Shown piece by piece: positions 11,701 through 23,700 of a stretch of DNA of 64,000 bases (the stretch's first letter is position 1; every line of letters begins with the position of its first letter). Origin of the DNA: Macrostomum lignano (lineage: Eukaryota); the NCBI GenBank assembly GCA_002269645.1, contig NIVC01000244.1:13223-77222 (forward strand), written 5' to 3'. Made by a program: the position numbers and the translations under genes. The notes below the pieces were generated by a model. That model had not been told where the DNA came from. It did not search any database and worked only from the letters and a program-made list of their open reading frames with translations.

Positions 11701-14700
11701 TAGGGATGTCTTAATACCGGTTAGGGATACCCAAATACCGATTAGGGATGTCTTAATACCGGTTAGCGGTACCCAAATACCGATTAGAGATACCCACAAA
11801 ATGGCTGGGAAGAACATCTGAAAACCGGTTGGGACGGCACTGAAACACTGAGCAGAGGCAAGCAGCACAAGGAAATCTTACTCTCTATTATTCGCCCGGT
11901 CCTCAAGCAGCAGTTCATCCAGCGAGCAGGACCGCCTCTTTCCGCACTCCTCCTTGGCGTTGCACACTGCGGCGGCCGTTGCGGCGGCGGCTGCGGCTGC
12001 TGCAGCGGCGGCAGCGACTGCATCGCCAATAGTGGCCGAAGATGTCGAAGGTGGAGGCGCTCGAGGAGGCGGTGTTGGCGGTGCCTCAGTCAGCGGTGCC
12101 TCAGTCAGCGGTGTCGCGGCGGCGGGGTGGGGGCAGAGCGTCTGTGGCTTGTCGGCGTGAATCGAAAGCGGCGACCTCCTGCGAGTTGGCAAGTCGGGAT
12201 TGGGCTGTCACTTGGCTTAGCTGCTTAAAAAAAAGCCATTAGAAATTTTTGCATGCCAACATGCGTTAACTGCCACTATGAGTAGAATATGCCGATTAAA
12301 AATTGACATTTGCAAAGATTCTGTCGCTAATTAACGTCGGGTTTCCTTCCTCTTGTAGCCTCATTTTCTGTGCAGGCACACGAATGAGGCAACGTAAGCG
12401 CACCAAAAATTGGGTGAAAAATGATGCAATTTTCCACGAAAAACAGGTACTCGATTTCAGAATTTCATCTATACTAAAATATCAAGAAGCGAAGGGATCT
12501 CGTGGTGCTACTAATATATCTTATATTAGCCAATGTTGATTGCCAACGCAAAACGCGAGTTTTATTATTATTAGTAGTAAACATGCGGCAGCCACAGAAG
12601 CGGAGACAGTGGAAAAATAACCTGCTAACTTGTAAAGCTGGGTGGGGCAGGGTAGATGGAGGAATTTTTTAAAGCTCAATCCAGCTTCCAAGCTCTTAAA
12701 TCGGACACCGATATTGCAAAGTTTAAAGATGGCACACGAGATTAACAAAAAAATATGAATGAAAAGCTGCTAAAGCACTAACTGACTAGCTTTCACTCAA
12801 GACCGTCTCGACAGCGATGATAGCCTCTGAAAAAAAGAGAGAGCAAACAGAAAATCAATAAGCCGTGTAATGAGATTAGCTAATCCGCAGCCGCAGCATT
12901 TTAGCTAAAGCAGAATCAGTTATTAGAGCTTGCGTATTATAAAATGTGCATTGCTAGCGAGTGAGTTCAACTAATCGGTTAGTGTAGTTGCACCGCACCT
13001 TGGCTGTATCCATGGTCACACAATTGGATAAAGCTACCGTTGCTATGCTGTATCCATGGTCACACAATTGGATAAAGCTACCGTTGCTATGCTGTATCCA
13101 TGGTCATACACTTGGATAAAGCTACCGTTGCTATGCTGTATCATGGTCACACACTTGTATAAAGCTACTACCGTTGCTATGCTGTAGTCATGGTCACACA
13201 CTTGGTTAAAGCTACCGTTGCTATGCTGTATCATGGTCACACACTTGTATAAAGCTACTACCGTTGCTATGCTGTAGTCATGGTCACACACTTGGATAAA
13301 GCTACCGTTGCTATGCTTTATCCATGGTCATACACTTGGATAAAGCTACCGTTGCTATGCTGTATCCATGGTCACACACTTGTATAAAGCTACTACCGTT
13401 GCTATGCTGTAGTCATGGTCCCACACTTGGATTAAGATACCGTTGCTATGCTGTATCCATGGTCACACACTTGGATAAAGCTACCGTTGCTATGCTGTAT
13501 CCATGGTCATACACTTGGATAAAGCTACCGTTGCTATGCTGTATCATGGTCACACACTTGTATAAAGCTACCGTTGCTATGCTGTATCCATGGTCACACA
13601 CTTGTATAAAGCTACTACCGTTGCTATGCTGTAGTCATGGTCCCACACTTGGATTAAGATACCGTTGCTATGCTGTATCCATGGTCACACACTTGGATTA
13701 AGATACCGTTGCTATGCTGTAGTCATGGTCCCACACTTGGATTAAGATACCGTTGCTATGCTGTATCCATGGTCCCACACTTGGATTAAGATACCGTTGC
13801 TATGCTGTATCCGAGTTCTACATTCAAGTTCTAACCGCTGTAAAGTTGATTCATCAAGCAGTTTTTAGTCTAGCACAAGTGCTTACCAATCGTGACCTAA
13901 AATAGTTTCTTAAAGATTTCTTATATGCATTTCAGCCCACCTCTCTAACTGAATGACGGATTAGCTTCGTGTATGTATATGTATTTACTGACTAAATGTG
14001 AGGAGAGAAAGGTTGAAAAATAGGAGGGCAAGAGGGAGAGATTAAGGCTCCAGTGCATAGCCAGAAGGACAGCAGGTTATCAAATTAGGCGCCAAGTCAA
14101 ACTAGCCTAGCACCGAAGGCTACCGTAATCAGAGCTAAAGCCTTCTCCTAGCCCTCAACTGCCCAGCCTGCCAACACAGGGTGCGGGATGGATAGAGAGA
14201 AAGTTGAAGAGGAAAGAAAAAGCGCAACACTATACTGATGCTGCTGTTTGTGCCGCTGAAGCAGGTTCCCTTTTGCTTTTTTGTTCAGAATGCTTTAAAC
14301 AACACTATTTTTACACTCATGCGGTTTATTACCGCAATAGTCAATACTCTAATATACAATTTGTTATAATCCAGTGCAATCTCCACCCCCTGCTGAGCCG
14401 AACTAGCTTAATTAGCCTAACCTATATCCATTGCAAAATAAATAGATAGACATGAACTCAACAAAAGACAACAGATGCTCAACTCAATAAATGTAGCAGC
14501 AAAAAGAGAAAAATATCGCATCAGTTAGACACCAGGTACTGACTAAATGTGAGCCTCGGCATAAACTGAATGGAACTCACTGGAGGCAAAGGAGGCGGCT
14601 GTTGCTTTTGCTGTTGCTGTTGCTGCTCCTGCTGTTGCTGCTGCTGCTGAGCTGTGGGCGATGCCAGATGACTGTTCTCCTCGCTAGAGGCGGAAGTCGA

Positions 14701-17700
14701 TGCCGCAGTCGGTCGACCCTCGGCCAGGGCCGGCAGCAGCGGCGGCGAGTGGTGCACATCAGCGCTGACTGTGACGCTGCCGCTGCTGCCAACGCTGCTG
14801 ACTGTGTTGATGCTAGACGCAGGTGGCCAACCGCTGGAGCCGGAGTCCTGCTGCTGATGGTGCCTGCCGTGCTGCGCCCGCCAGTGCTGCTGGGAGCCCG
14901 GCTGCTGCCTCAGCTGACGCCTGGCAATGGACAGGCGGAGGCAGCCGCCCGGGCCGCCGCATTCGCGGATTGCTCGACGCAGAGTGGCCGTCGCTTCCGT
15001 GTTGTTGACGCCTTCCAGCGAGTAGCCGTTCACGGACAGCAGCTGGTCGTTCTCGCGGAGCCGGCCATCCTGTACAAGGAGTTCCAGAGACAGCTTTCTG
15101 CATGAGGTCATGACCCCGCTGACCCCAGTATCTGCCAGTCTGAGGTCATGACCCCGCTGAACCCAGTGTCTGTCAGATACTGCCAGTCTGAGGTCATGAC
15201 CCCGCTGACCCCAGTGTCTGTCAGATACTGCCAGTCTGAGGTCATGACCCCGCTGACCCCAGTGTCTGTCAGATACTGCCAGTCTGAGGTCATGACCCCG
15301 CTGGCCGCTGGCCACAGTGTCTGTCAGATACCGCCAGTCCGAGGTCATGACCTCGCTGATCCCAGTGTCTGTCAGATACTGCCAGTCTGAGGCCATGGCC
15401 TCGCCATAAAACTCAGGGTGCCATAAAGGCCACGAACCTTGTAAGCGGCGCCTCCACTGATGACGCTTTTCACAAAGACGCCGCGGCCGCCGGAGTCGCT
15501 GCTGGCGCTGCCATTGCTGCCGCTCGACAACGGCAAAGATTTGACGCTGACGCCAAGGCTACCAGCCGCAGCATCAGCCAGCGGGATGTCCAAGTTCAGT
15601 ACCAGCCGGTCGGTGTCCTGGGCTGAGCTTGCCGTTGAGGATGCGGCCGCTGCCGCTGCCGCCAATCCAGCGAATGGTTCGCCAATGTCAGCTGCCAGGC
15701 CCAGATACTGCTGGAGGGGGGAGTTGGAATGCTGAATGACTGACTGACTGACTGACTGCCTGCCTGCCTGACTGACTGACTAACTGGCTGGCTGACTGAC
15801 TGACTGACTGACTGACTGACTGACTGCCTGCCTGACTGCCTGACTGGCTGACTGACTGACTGCCTGACTGACTGCCTGACTGGCTGACTGACTGACTGCC
15901 TGATTGACTGACTGACTGACTGACTGACTGACTGACTGCCTGCCTGCCTGCCTGACTGACTGACTGACTGACTGCCTGCCTGACTGCCTGACTTGCTGGC
16001 TGACTGACTGACTGACTGACTGACTGACTGACTGCCTGCCTGACTGGCTGACTGGCTGACTGACTGCCTGACTGACGAATATCAAAATCCAAATGATCAA
16101 TTCCTAATTGAAACTCATAACAAAGGGCAGCTGGGAATAACTAATCAAAAGACTCAGAATTCCGCGCATAGTGACTAATGCCTGCGCATCTGGTGCTGCA
16201 AGTGAAATTCAGGCCTGAATAAAGTAAGATCCGAAACCATATCCATATCAACATCCATATCGTTATACTCGCACATTTATGATGGCATCTTCTTTTTTGC
16301 CTAATTTGAAAAATTTCAAAATTGGCAATGCTCATTAAAACGCGATGGGAGTACATATGCCGTATGTATATATATATAACGCTCATACATATATCTATAA
16401 AGCTGTAAGAATCGCATGCAATAGTAATGACCTACCAATCATCTCACGAACGCAGACTGTCCACTCACTCCTTTACTGCCTCTGTCATTCACTCTCTTCC
16501 CCGCATCTGTCACTCACTACTTCACCGCATCTGTCACTCCTACTTCACTGCATCTGTCACTCACTACTTCACCGCATCTGTCACTCACTACTTCACCGCA
16601 TCTGTCACTCATTCTCCCGCATCTGTCACTCATTCTCCCGCATCTGTCACTCACTACTTCACCGCATCTGTCACTCACTACTTCACCGCATCTGTCACTC
16701 ACTACTTCACCGCATCTGTCACTCATTCTCCCGCATCTGTCATTCACTACTTCACCGCATCTGTCACTCACTACTTCCCCGCATCTGTCACTCACTCTCT
16801 TCCCCGCATCTGTCACTCACTACTTCACCGCATCTGTCACTCACTACTTCACCGCATCTGTCACTCATTCTCCCGCATGTCACTCACTACTTCACCGCAT
16901 CTGTCACTCATTCTCCCGCATTTGTCACTCACTCCTACTTCGTACTGGCCTACGTACGACGCACTACGGCCTACGGAAAGTCGCTCTCACCGACTTTTCC
17001 CGACATGTCACTGTCTTTCCCCCATTTATATATTCGTGTTTGCGATTTGCACTTTTCTGCGTGTACATGGTTTGATCTTTCTTATTCAAGCGCACTCTTA
17101 TGTACAGTGCAGCCGTTTCCGTCCTAGGTATGGGGGCTGGCTTGAGCCCCATGCTTAAAATATGTCTCGCACGGTGCATGGTTTGATGCGAAGATTGTGT
17201 CGCAAGTGCGTGCCTTTGACTTGTCATTTAATACGAAGATACGAAGCGAATGTGTTTTATGACGTGGCGTGGCTATTCATCATGGCAAATCCAGTCTCGG
17301 CCCGGCTGCACCAGACACAGCAGAAACACGCAAAAAGCGCTTCTACGGCGCGTCCCTGCTGAATAGCCAGTTTGCGCGCAAATAATCTCGCATCAGTCCG
17401 CCGACGTGCCCTTTCATCGCACCCTTCCGCACTTTTATCCCGCACTGTGTGCTGTATATGCGATTCACTGATTTCAAAATAGATTCGCCTTGAACCGCCT
17501 GCCTCCCACTGCTGCCTGGATCCGCGAAGTGGATTACGAAGGGAAGTTGAAAGGAACATGGCTTTGTAGAGCTGGCTGACAGATACAGATTGCTAGCATA
17601 TGACTGTCCATACGTCTGTCTTATGTGTCTGCTCGTCTGTCTGTCGTTATGCCTGTCTGCCTCTCCAGTCATTCAGTCAGTCTGTCTTAGCATTTTGATG

Positions 17701-20700
17701 TTTGTCTTAGTGTCTTAGTGTCTTAGTGTCAGTCTGTCTGTCTGTCTGTCTGTCTGTCTGTGTCTGTCTGTCTGAATCTATTAGCCAGTCCCCCCAGGCT
17801 TGTGCCAAGCTTAATGAGATAACAACTACACTTAACTTCCCTTATCACAATGAATCTCATTTAGAGCAGCCTCAAGCAACCGAACGCTAGTTGCTCTAAT
17901 GCTGCATTGTAGACCAAAGACCGGACGATAGGCCAAGAGCGAGGAAAACTGATAGCTTACCCGAAGCCAATGGAGAGGCAAGAGAGGAAAAACAGGAAGT
18001 AATTTGGCGCACAAATTTTTGCCCCGCTCGGAGGCAAAGCAGCTATCGAGAAAAAATCCAGCGGCACATATCGGGGGGCAGTGCGGATTATTAGGGGAAA
18101 TATATTTTTCTGCGCACGAAACAACTGAATCGAACGGAAGACCAACGGAAGGTCAGCTGTCTCCGCCCTCGGCTTGTACAGCCAGCCATTGCGGGCACTT
18201 AGCGAACTAGGGGGGGGGGGGGGCAGACCCATAATTAAATTCCAATGCATAGCGCGGCCTAAACTGCAATAGCATTATGCAGATATAATTTGCCAAAGCA
18301 GTTTATTATGCCTACTGTTGCACTCCCTGACAGTGAAAAAAAACTTCAGGGAGCTTTTTTCTGTCATTGTGAATGAGCGATATGCTAGCCTTTAAGCTTT
18401 CAGGATTGCAGGGCAGTTCAGCAACAAAATGCAAGTCTTTTAAACTCCCACTTGACCTCTTGTGTCTGTTAAACCTTGACTTGACTTTAATAAGCTAAGA
18501 CAACAATCGTACAAGAGCCTTCTTGAACTTGCTGCCCTAAAGTTCCCCCGAAATGCATAAACAAAGACAGGTAACTATAATGTTAACAATATCTTTTTTG
18601 AGTTTATTGATGGCTCGATTTTATTACAAATCAACTACGAATTCAGTTTGTATATATAGATGGGAATTACTATTACACCTAAACCCAATGGGAGCCGGTT
18701 GCTAAAGAGACTAAAGGGAGTAGGTTACGGATAGTCTAGTAGGGAGTGGTTTCCTAAGGGAGTAGTTTCCTAAGGGAGTAGTTTCCTAAGGGAGTAGTTT
18801 CCTAAGGGAGTGGTTTCCTAAGGGAGTGGTTAACTAAGGGAGTGGTTTCCTAAAGAATGGTTTCCTAAGAGAGTGGGTGGTTTTCAAAGGGAGTGGGTGG
18901 TTTCCTAAGAGAGTGGGTGGTTTCCTAAGAGAGTGGGTGGTTTCCTAAGGGAGTGGGTGGTTTCCTAAGAGAGTGGGTGGTTTCCTAAGAGAGTGGGTGG
19001 TTTCCTAAGAGAGTGGGTGGTTTCCTAAGGGAGTGGGTGGTTTCCTAAGAGAGTGGGTGGTTTCCTAAGAGAGTGGGTGGTTTCCTAAGGGAGTGGGTGG
19101 TTTCCTAAGAGAGTGGGTGGTTTCCTAAGAGAGTGGGTGGTTTTCTAAGGGATTGGGTGGTTTCCTAAGAGAGTGGGTGGTTCCCTAAGGGAGTGGGTGG
19201 TTTCCTAAGAGAGTGGGTGGTTTCCTAAGGGATTGGGTGGTTTCCTAAGAGAGTGGGTGGTTTCATAAGGGAGTGGTTGGTTTCCTAAGAGAGTGGGTGG
19301 TTTCCTAAGGGAATGGTTTCCTATAAGGGAGTAGGTTCGCATTCCTGCTAGACAGACGGGCTTAGTCTATGTATAAATACTAGTTTGAGCCAGCCACCAT
19401 CAACTCGCGCCTCTCCTCTCCTAGCTCCCTACTCATCCACCCGCCCATCCAGCTACTAGATTTCATTAAGGTGCTTTTCGAGACTGCAAGGCTCATTAGT
19501 CATAAGCCGGTGAGGAGGAGCTGAGACGGCTAACTAAGCCACCCTAATCGGGGGAGGCGTAGAGGCGGTGGGCCGCTGTCTAAATGCTCATTATCGGGGG
19601 TCGGAGGCACTGCCGCTGCCCGCAATTAGTTGTAGGCCGGGGCCGCAGCACGCAAGCCGCTAGAGCTGGTGCAGCCAGTCACACACAGACAGAGAGGGGA
19701 TTTCAAATCGCATGGGAAATGCAAACCATTAAAGGGTTAAAGGCAGACCGAACCTATAGAGGTGTTTCCTAATTTCCTAGAAGCTTGGTTCGGTCCTCCC
19801 GACGAATTAGGGATCAGAGAAATAAGCTAGGCGCGGAGGATAAGCCAATTTAAGCATTGCAATCACGCGTTGGAAAATTCTGGCGTTTTATCCAGTCCAT
19901 GCAGCTGGCGTTTTATCCAGTCTATGCAGATAGCGCCTTATCCAGTCTATGCAGCTGGCGCCTTATCCAGTCTACGCAGCTGGCGCCTTATCTAGTCTAT
20001 GCAGCTGGCGCCTTATCCAGTCTATGCAGCTGGCGCCTTATCTAGTCTATGCAGCTGGAGCCTTATCTAGTCTATGCAGCTGGCGCCTTATCTAGTCTAT
20101 GCAGCTGGCGCCTTATCCAGTCTATGCAGCTGGCGCCTTATCCAGTCTATGCAGCTGGCGCCTTATCCAGTCTATGCAGCTGGCGCCTTATCTAGTCTAT
20201 GCAGCTGGAGCCTTATCCAGTCTATGCAGCTGGCGCCTCATCCAGTCTATGCAGCTGGCACCTCATCCAGTCTATGCAGCTGGCGCCTTATCCAGTCTAC
20301 GCAGCTGGCGCCTTATCCAGTCTATGCAGCTGGCGCCTCATCCAGTCTATGCAGCTGGCGCCTCATCCAGTCTATGCAGCTGGCGCCTTATCCAGTCTAC
20401 GCAGCTGGCGCCTTATCCAGTCTATGCAGCTGGCGCCTTATCCAGTCTATGCAGCTGGCGCCTTATCCAGTCTATGCAGCTGGCGCCTCATCCAGTCTAT
20501 GCAGCTGGCGCCTCATCCAGTCTATGCAGCTGGCACCTCATCCAGTCTATGCAGCTGGCGCCTCATCCAGTCTATCTATTGGGCATAGGATTTATCTATC
20601 CTACGCTGTCCTTATACTCTGTGCTTTATCCAGTCGGCATAGTTTGAGGCACAATTCCAGTCTACATTATTTAGCAACACACTGGACAGTCGAGTCGTAC

Positions 20701-23700
20701 GCCCAACAGACAATATAGAAGTTGCAAGGCAAAGGTATGGAGACCCAACCTGCAGCGTGTAGCAAAAACCCCGCATTTACAGTGAAAGCATATATCTGAT
20801 ATACTCTTACAAAAAATGTTGCATTGCCCAATGCCATGCGAAGAGGAAGAGAGGGGGGGTAGAAAAATTGAAAGAGAGAAGTTCATTGACACGCGAGCCA
20901 TCCATCTTAACACACTATAAAACGAATAGCAATGAAAAACACTGCTACACCCAGCAGTAATATAGTAGTAGTAGTAGTAGTAGTAGTAAAGCAATAAAGC
21001 AACCCGATCGTGATACCCGAAACGCCAAAAGTAATCAGAGAATCTTAATCCAAGATCTCAAATCCCAGTTGAGCCCTGGATACTGAGAATACTCGGGCAC
21101 GTTGGCAAGCTGCAGATGATAGAGTAGCAACTGTGGGGGCATGACAGATTTGGATTGAATTTTTTCAGCTTGTCAGACTAGCAGATATCTAGTCTAGGCA
21201 GACAGGCTGCCTAACAAGAGACGCAGATAAATTATGAAGCCAGTTTTCGTTCCAACGCTCAAGGTTGATGTCTGCAGCTTCACGCGATTGACGATTCAGA
21301 GTTGTTTCTCGCAAACTGCGGCAACTCCTTTTAGAAAGCATTTTAGCACATTGCAACGCTTTTTTTGCGTAATCACTGGGGTCCTATCCTGATAATCCTG
21401 ATCTTCACTTCATGGAAATCGATGTTTAAGCATGATTTCAGTGAGCTCATAAATTGAATAACATCACTGAGATATAGAGAGTCTACTATGAAAGAGGTTG
21501 CTGCTGGTATCCTTCTTTGTACTGATGTCTACTATATGGTTGTGGATCTAGGTTGACCTAAATTGATTTTCTATTCACAGTCTGTCTTTGTCCTAAAACG
21601 CCTATACTTATTCAATTTTGGATTCGAAGTACGAGCGTATTTAGAAGGGGAAAGGGTCAGGGGTGTCTCCTTGTTCACAACTTGTTCAGCTCTTCATCTC
21701 GGCCATGTCTTATTCACTTTTTCAACTCTACCGATACTATACTGCCGCCACCGCTGCCAAACAGTCTATCTATGAATACCAATGAAAGCAGGCCAGCAGA
21801 TGTGGGGCGGCTGGCGGAGGGGAAGGGCGAAGTCAGATCCTAGAGGGGAGATTCTGTCTGGCAGGAGACAGAAATATGGTAAGGAGAGCTAAGCGGATCC
21901 GGGAGGGATCAAAAAGGCTGAGAGCGGATGAGAACAAGACACGGGCAACCCGGCCCGCCCTGCACACTTCCGGACCAAGAAGTCAAGGAGATCTACATGT
22001 AGATCTATGGGGGGGGGGCGTAGCCCAGTTGTCTAGCGCGGCGCTCTGTGTCAGCGGCCCAGGCTCGATTCCAAATGCAGTCAAATTATTTCGGGGCTAA
22101 ATTGGAATTGCGGCTTGGCTCTGCTCGTGCAATTAACGGCCTTGAGGGCAAACCCCCAAGGCAAGTATTTTTCTTGCCTTGACTGCATTGAGCAGTCCAT
22201 TGTGCTTAATTAGAGTAATAAAACACCTCAAAACTGTCATAAGGAGTTGCTACTCCCAAGTTATAGATCTAAGAGCTCCCTGTCTGGCTAAGTGCATCCC
22301 TCTACTTATCTCTCTACTAATCTCCATCGCACTCCAGCCAGTGAATGAATAGCTTGCGTAGGTCCTCAGTCTCCTGATCAGTATCAGAGCTTGAAAGCAT
22401 GCCAATTGAAACCCGTCGAACGTTTCACCCGGAATTTTTTCCGGAATTTTGTGATCCGGGCCCGATTTTTAATTGATTTCCGGGTGAAGGCCCGGATCAG
22501 CTTTTTTGGCCCGGAACAGCCCCTTGTTCCGGAAAAAAATCCGGAAATATGATCCGGAAAATTTTCGGGAAAAGGAAAGCTGTTCCGGTCTGATTTTCCG
22601 GAATTTTTCACCCGGAACACTATGGAATTCTGGGTGTAGACCCGAATTTCAGTAGTGTTCCGGGTGAAAATGTTCCGGGTGAGATTTCGGGAATTGAGTC
22701 GGAATTCCCTAGTGATCCGGACCAACTGATCCGGAAAATTCACCCGGATCAGCTCCCTTGACCCGAATTTCAGCCAAGTTCCGGGCGAAGCTGATCCGGG
22801 AAAATTTCGGGACTTGAGTCGGAATTCCCTAGCGATCCGGACCAAATAATCCGGAAAATTCACCCGGATCAGCTCCCTTGACCCGAATTTCAGCCAAGTT
22901 CCGGGCGAAGCTGATCCGGGAAAATTTCGGGACTTGAGTCGGAATTCCCTAGCGATCCGGACCAAATAATCCGGAAAATTCACCCGGATCAGCTCCCTTG
23001 ACCCGAATTTCAGCCAAGTTCCGGGCGAAGCTGATCCGGGAAAATTTCGGGACTTGAGTCGGAATTCCCTAGTGATCCGGACCAAATAATCCGGAAAATT
23101 CACCCGGATCAGCTCCCTTGACCCGAATTTCAGCCAAGTTCCGGGCGAAGCTGATCCGGGAAAATTTCGGGACTTGAGTCGGAATCAATCCGGCATCCAT
23201 TATATAAGTTCCATGGGGATTTTGAGAGGAAGCCTCCGATGGAAAACCGCTGAATACAGACCCCAGCAAATGGCTATCCCATCAGGCAATCCCTGGCATC
23301 CATTTGGTCAACGGCGCTAATTCCTCTTGGAAAGCGAGGGGTAATAAAGCCTCGAAATTGCAATGTGAATTGATCTGCTTTTCGGCGGCTCTGTAGCGTC
23401 CGTAATGTGAGGCTGAGCCCATCCTCCGTACAGGTGACAATTGAAAAATTGTTGCGCCCTGTTTGTGTGCGAGAGGTTTGACTTCCACTGGCATGTAGTC
23501 TATCACAGCTGCTTAGTGTGTCAACGGGCTGAATGATTCTATCGTCATATTTGACGCTTAGAAGCATAAAATCAGCCAACCATATTGTTTGGCACAGCTG
23601 GGTGTCTAGACGGAGACTGTGGCATGGTTCCAAATAGCTCTAACTGGCCCAGTATGCAAAGCAGCTTTCCTATTAAGATAGACGCTAATCCGATTTTTGT

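Noticed and set aside
13941-13991. 51-nt in-frame candidate micro-exon of par-3 (SVNTYTYTKLIRHSVRE)
   Set aside because: Good polypyrimidine tract and phase 0/0, but no homology to Par-3; cannot be supported without RNA data
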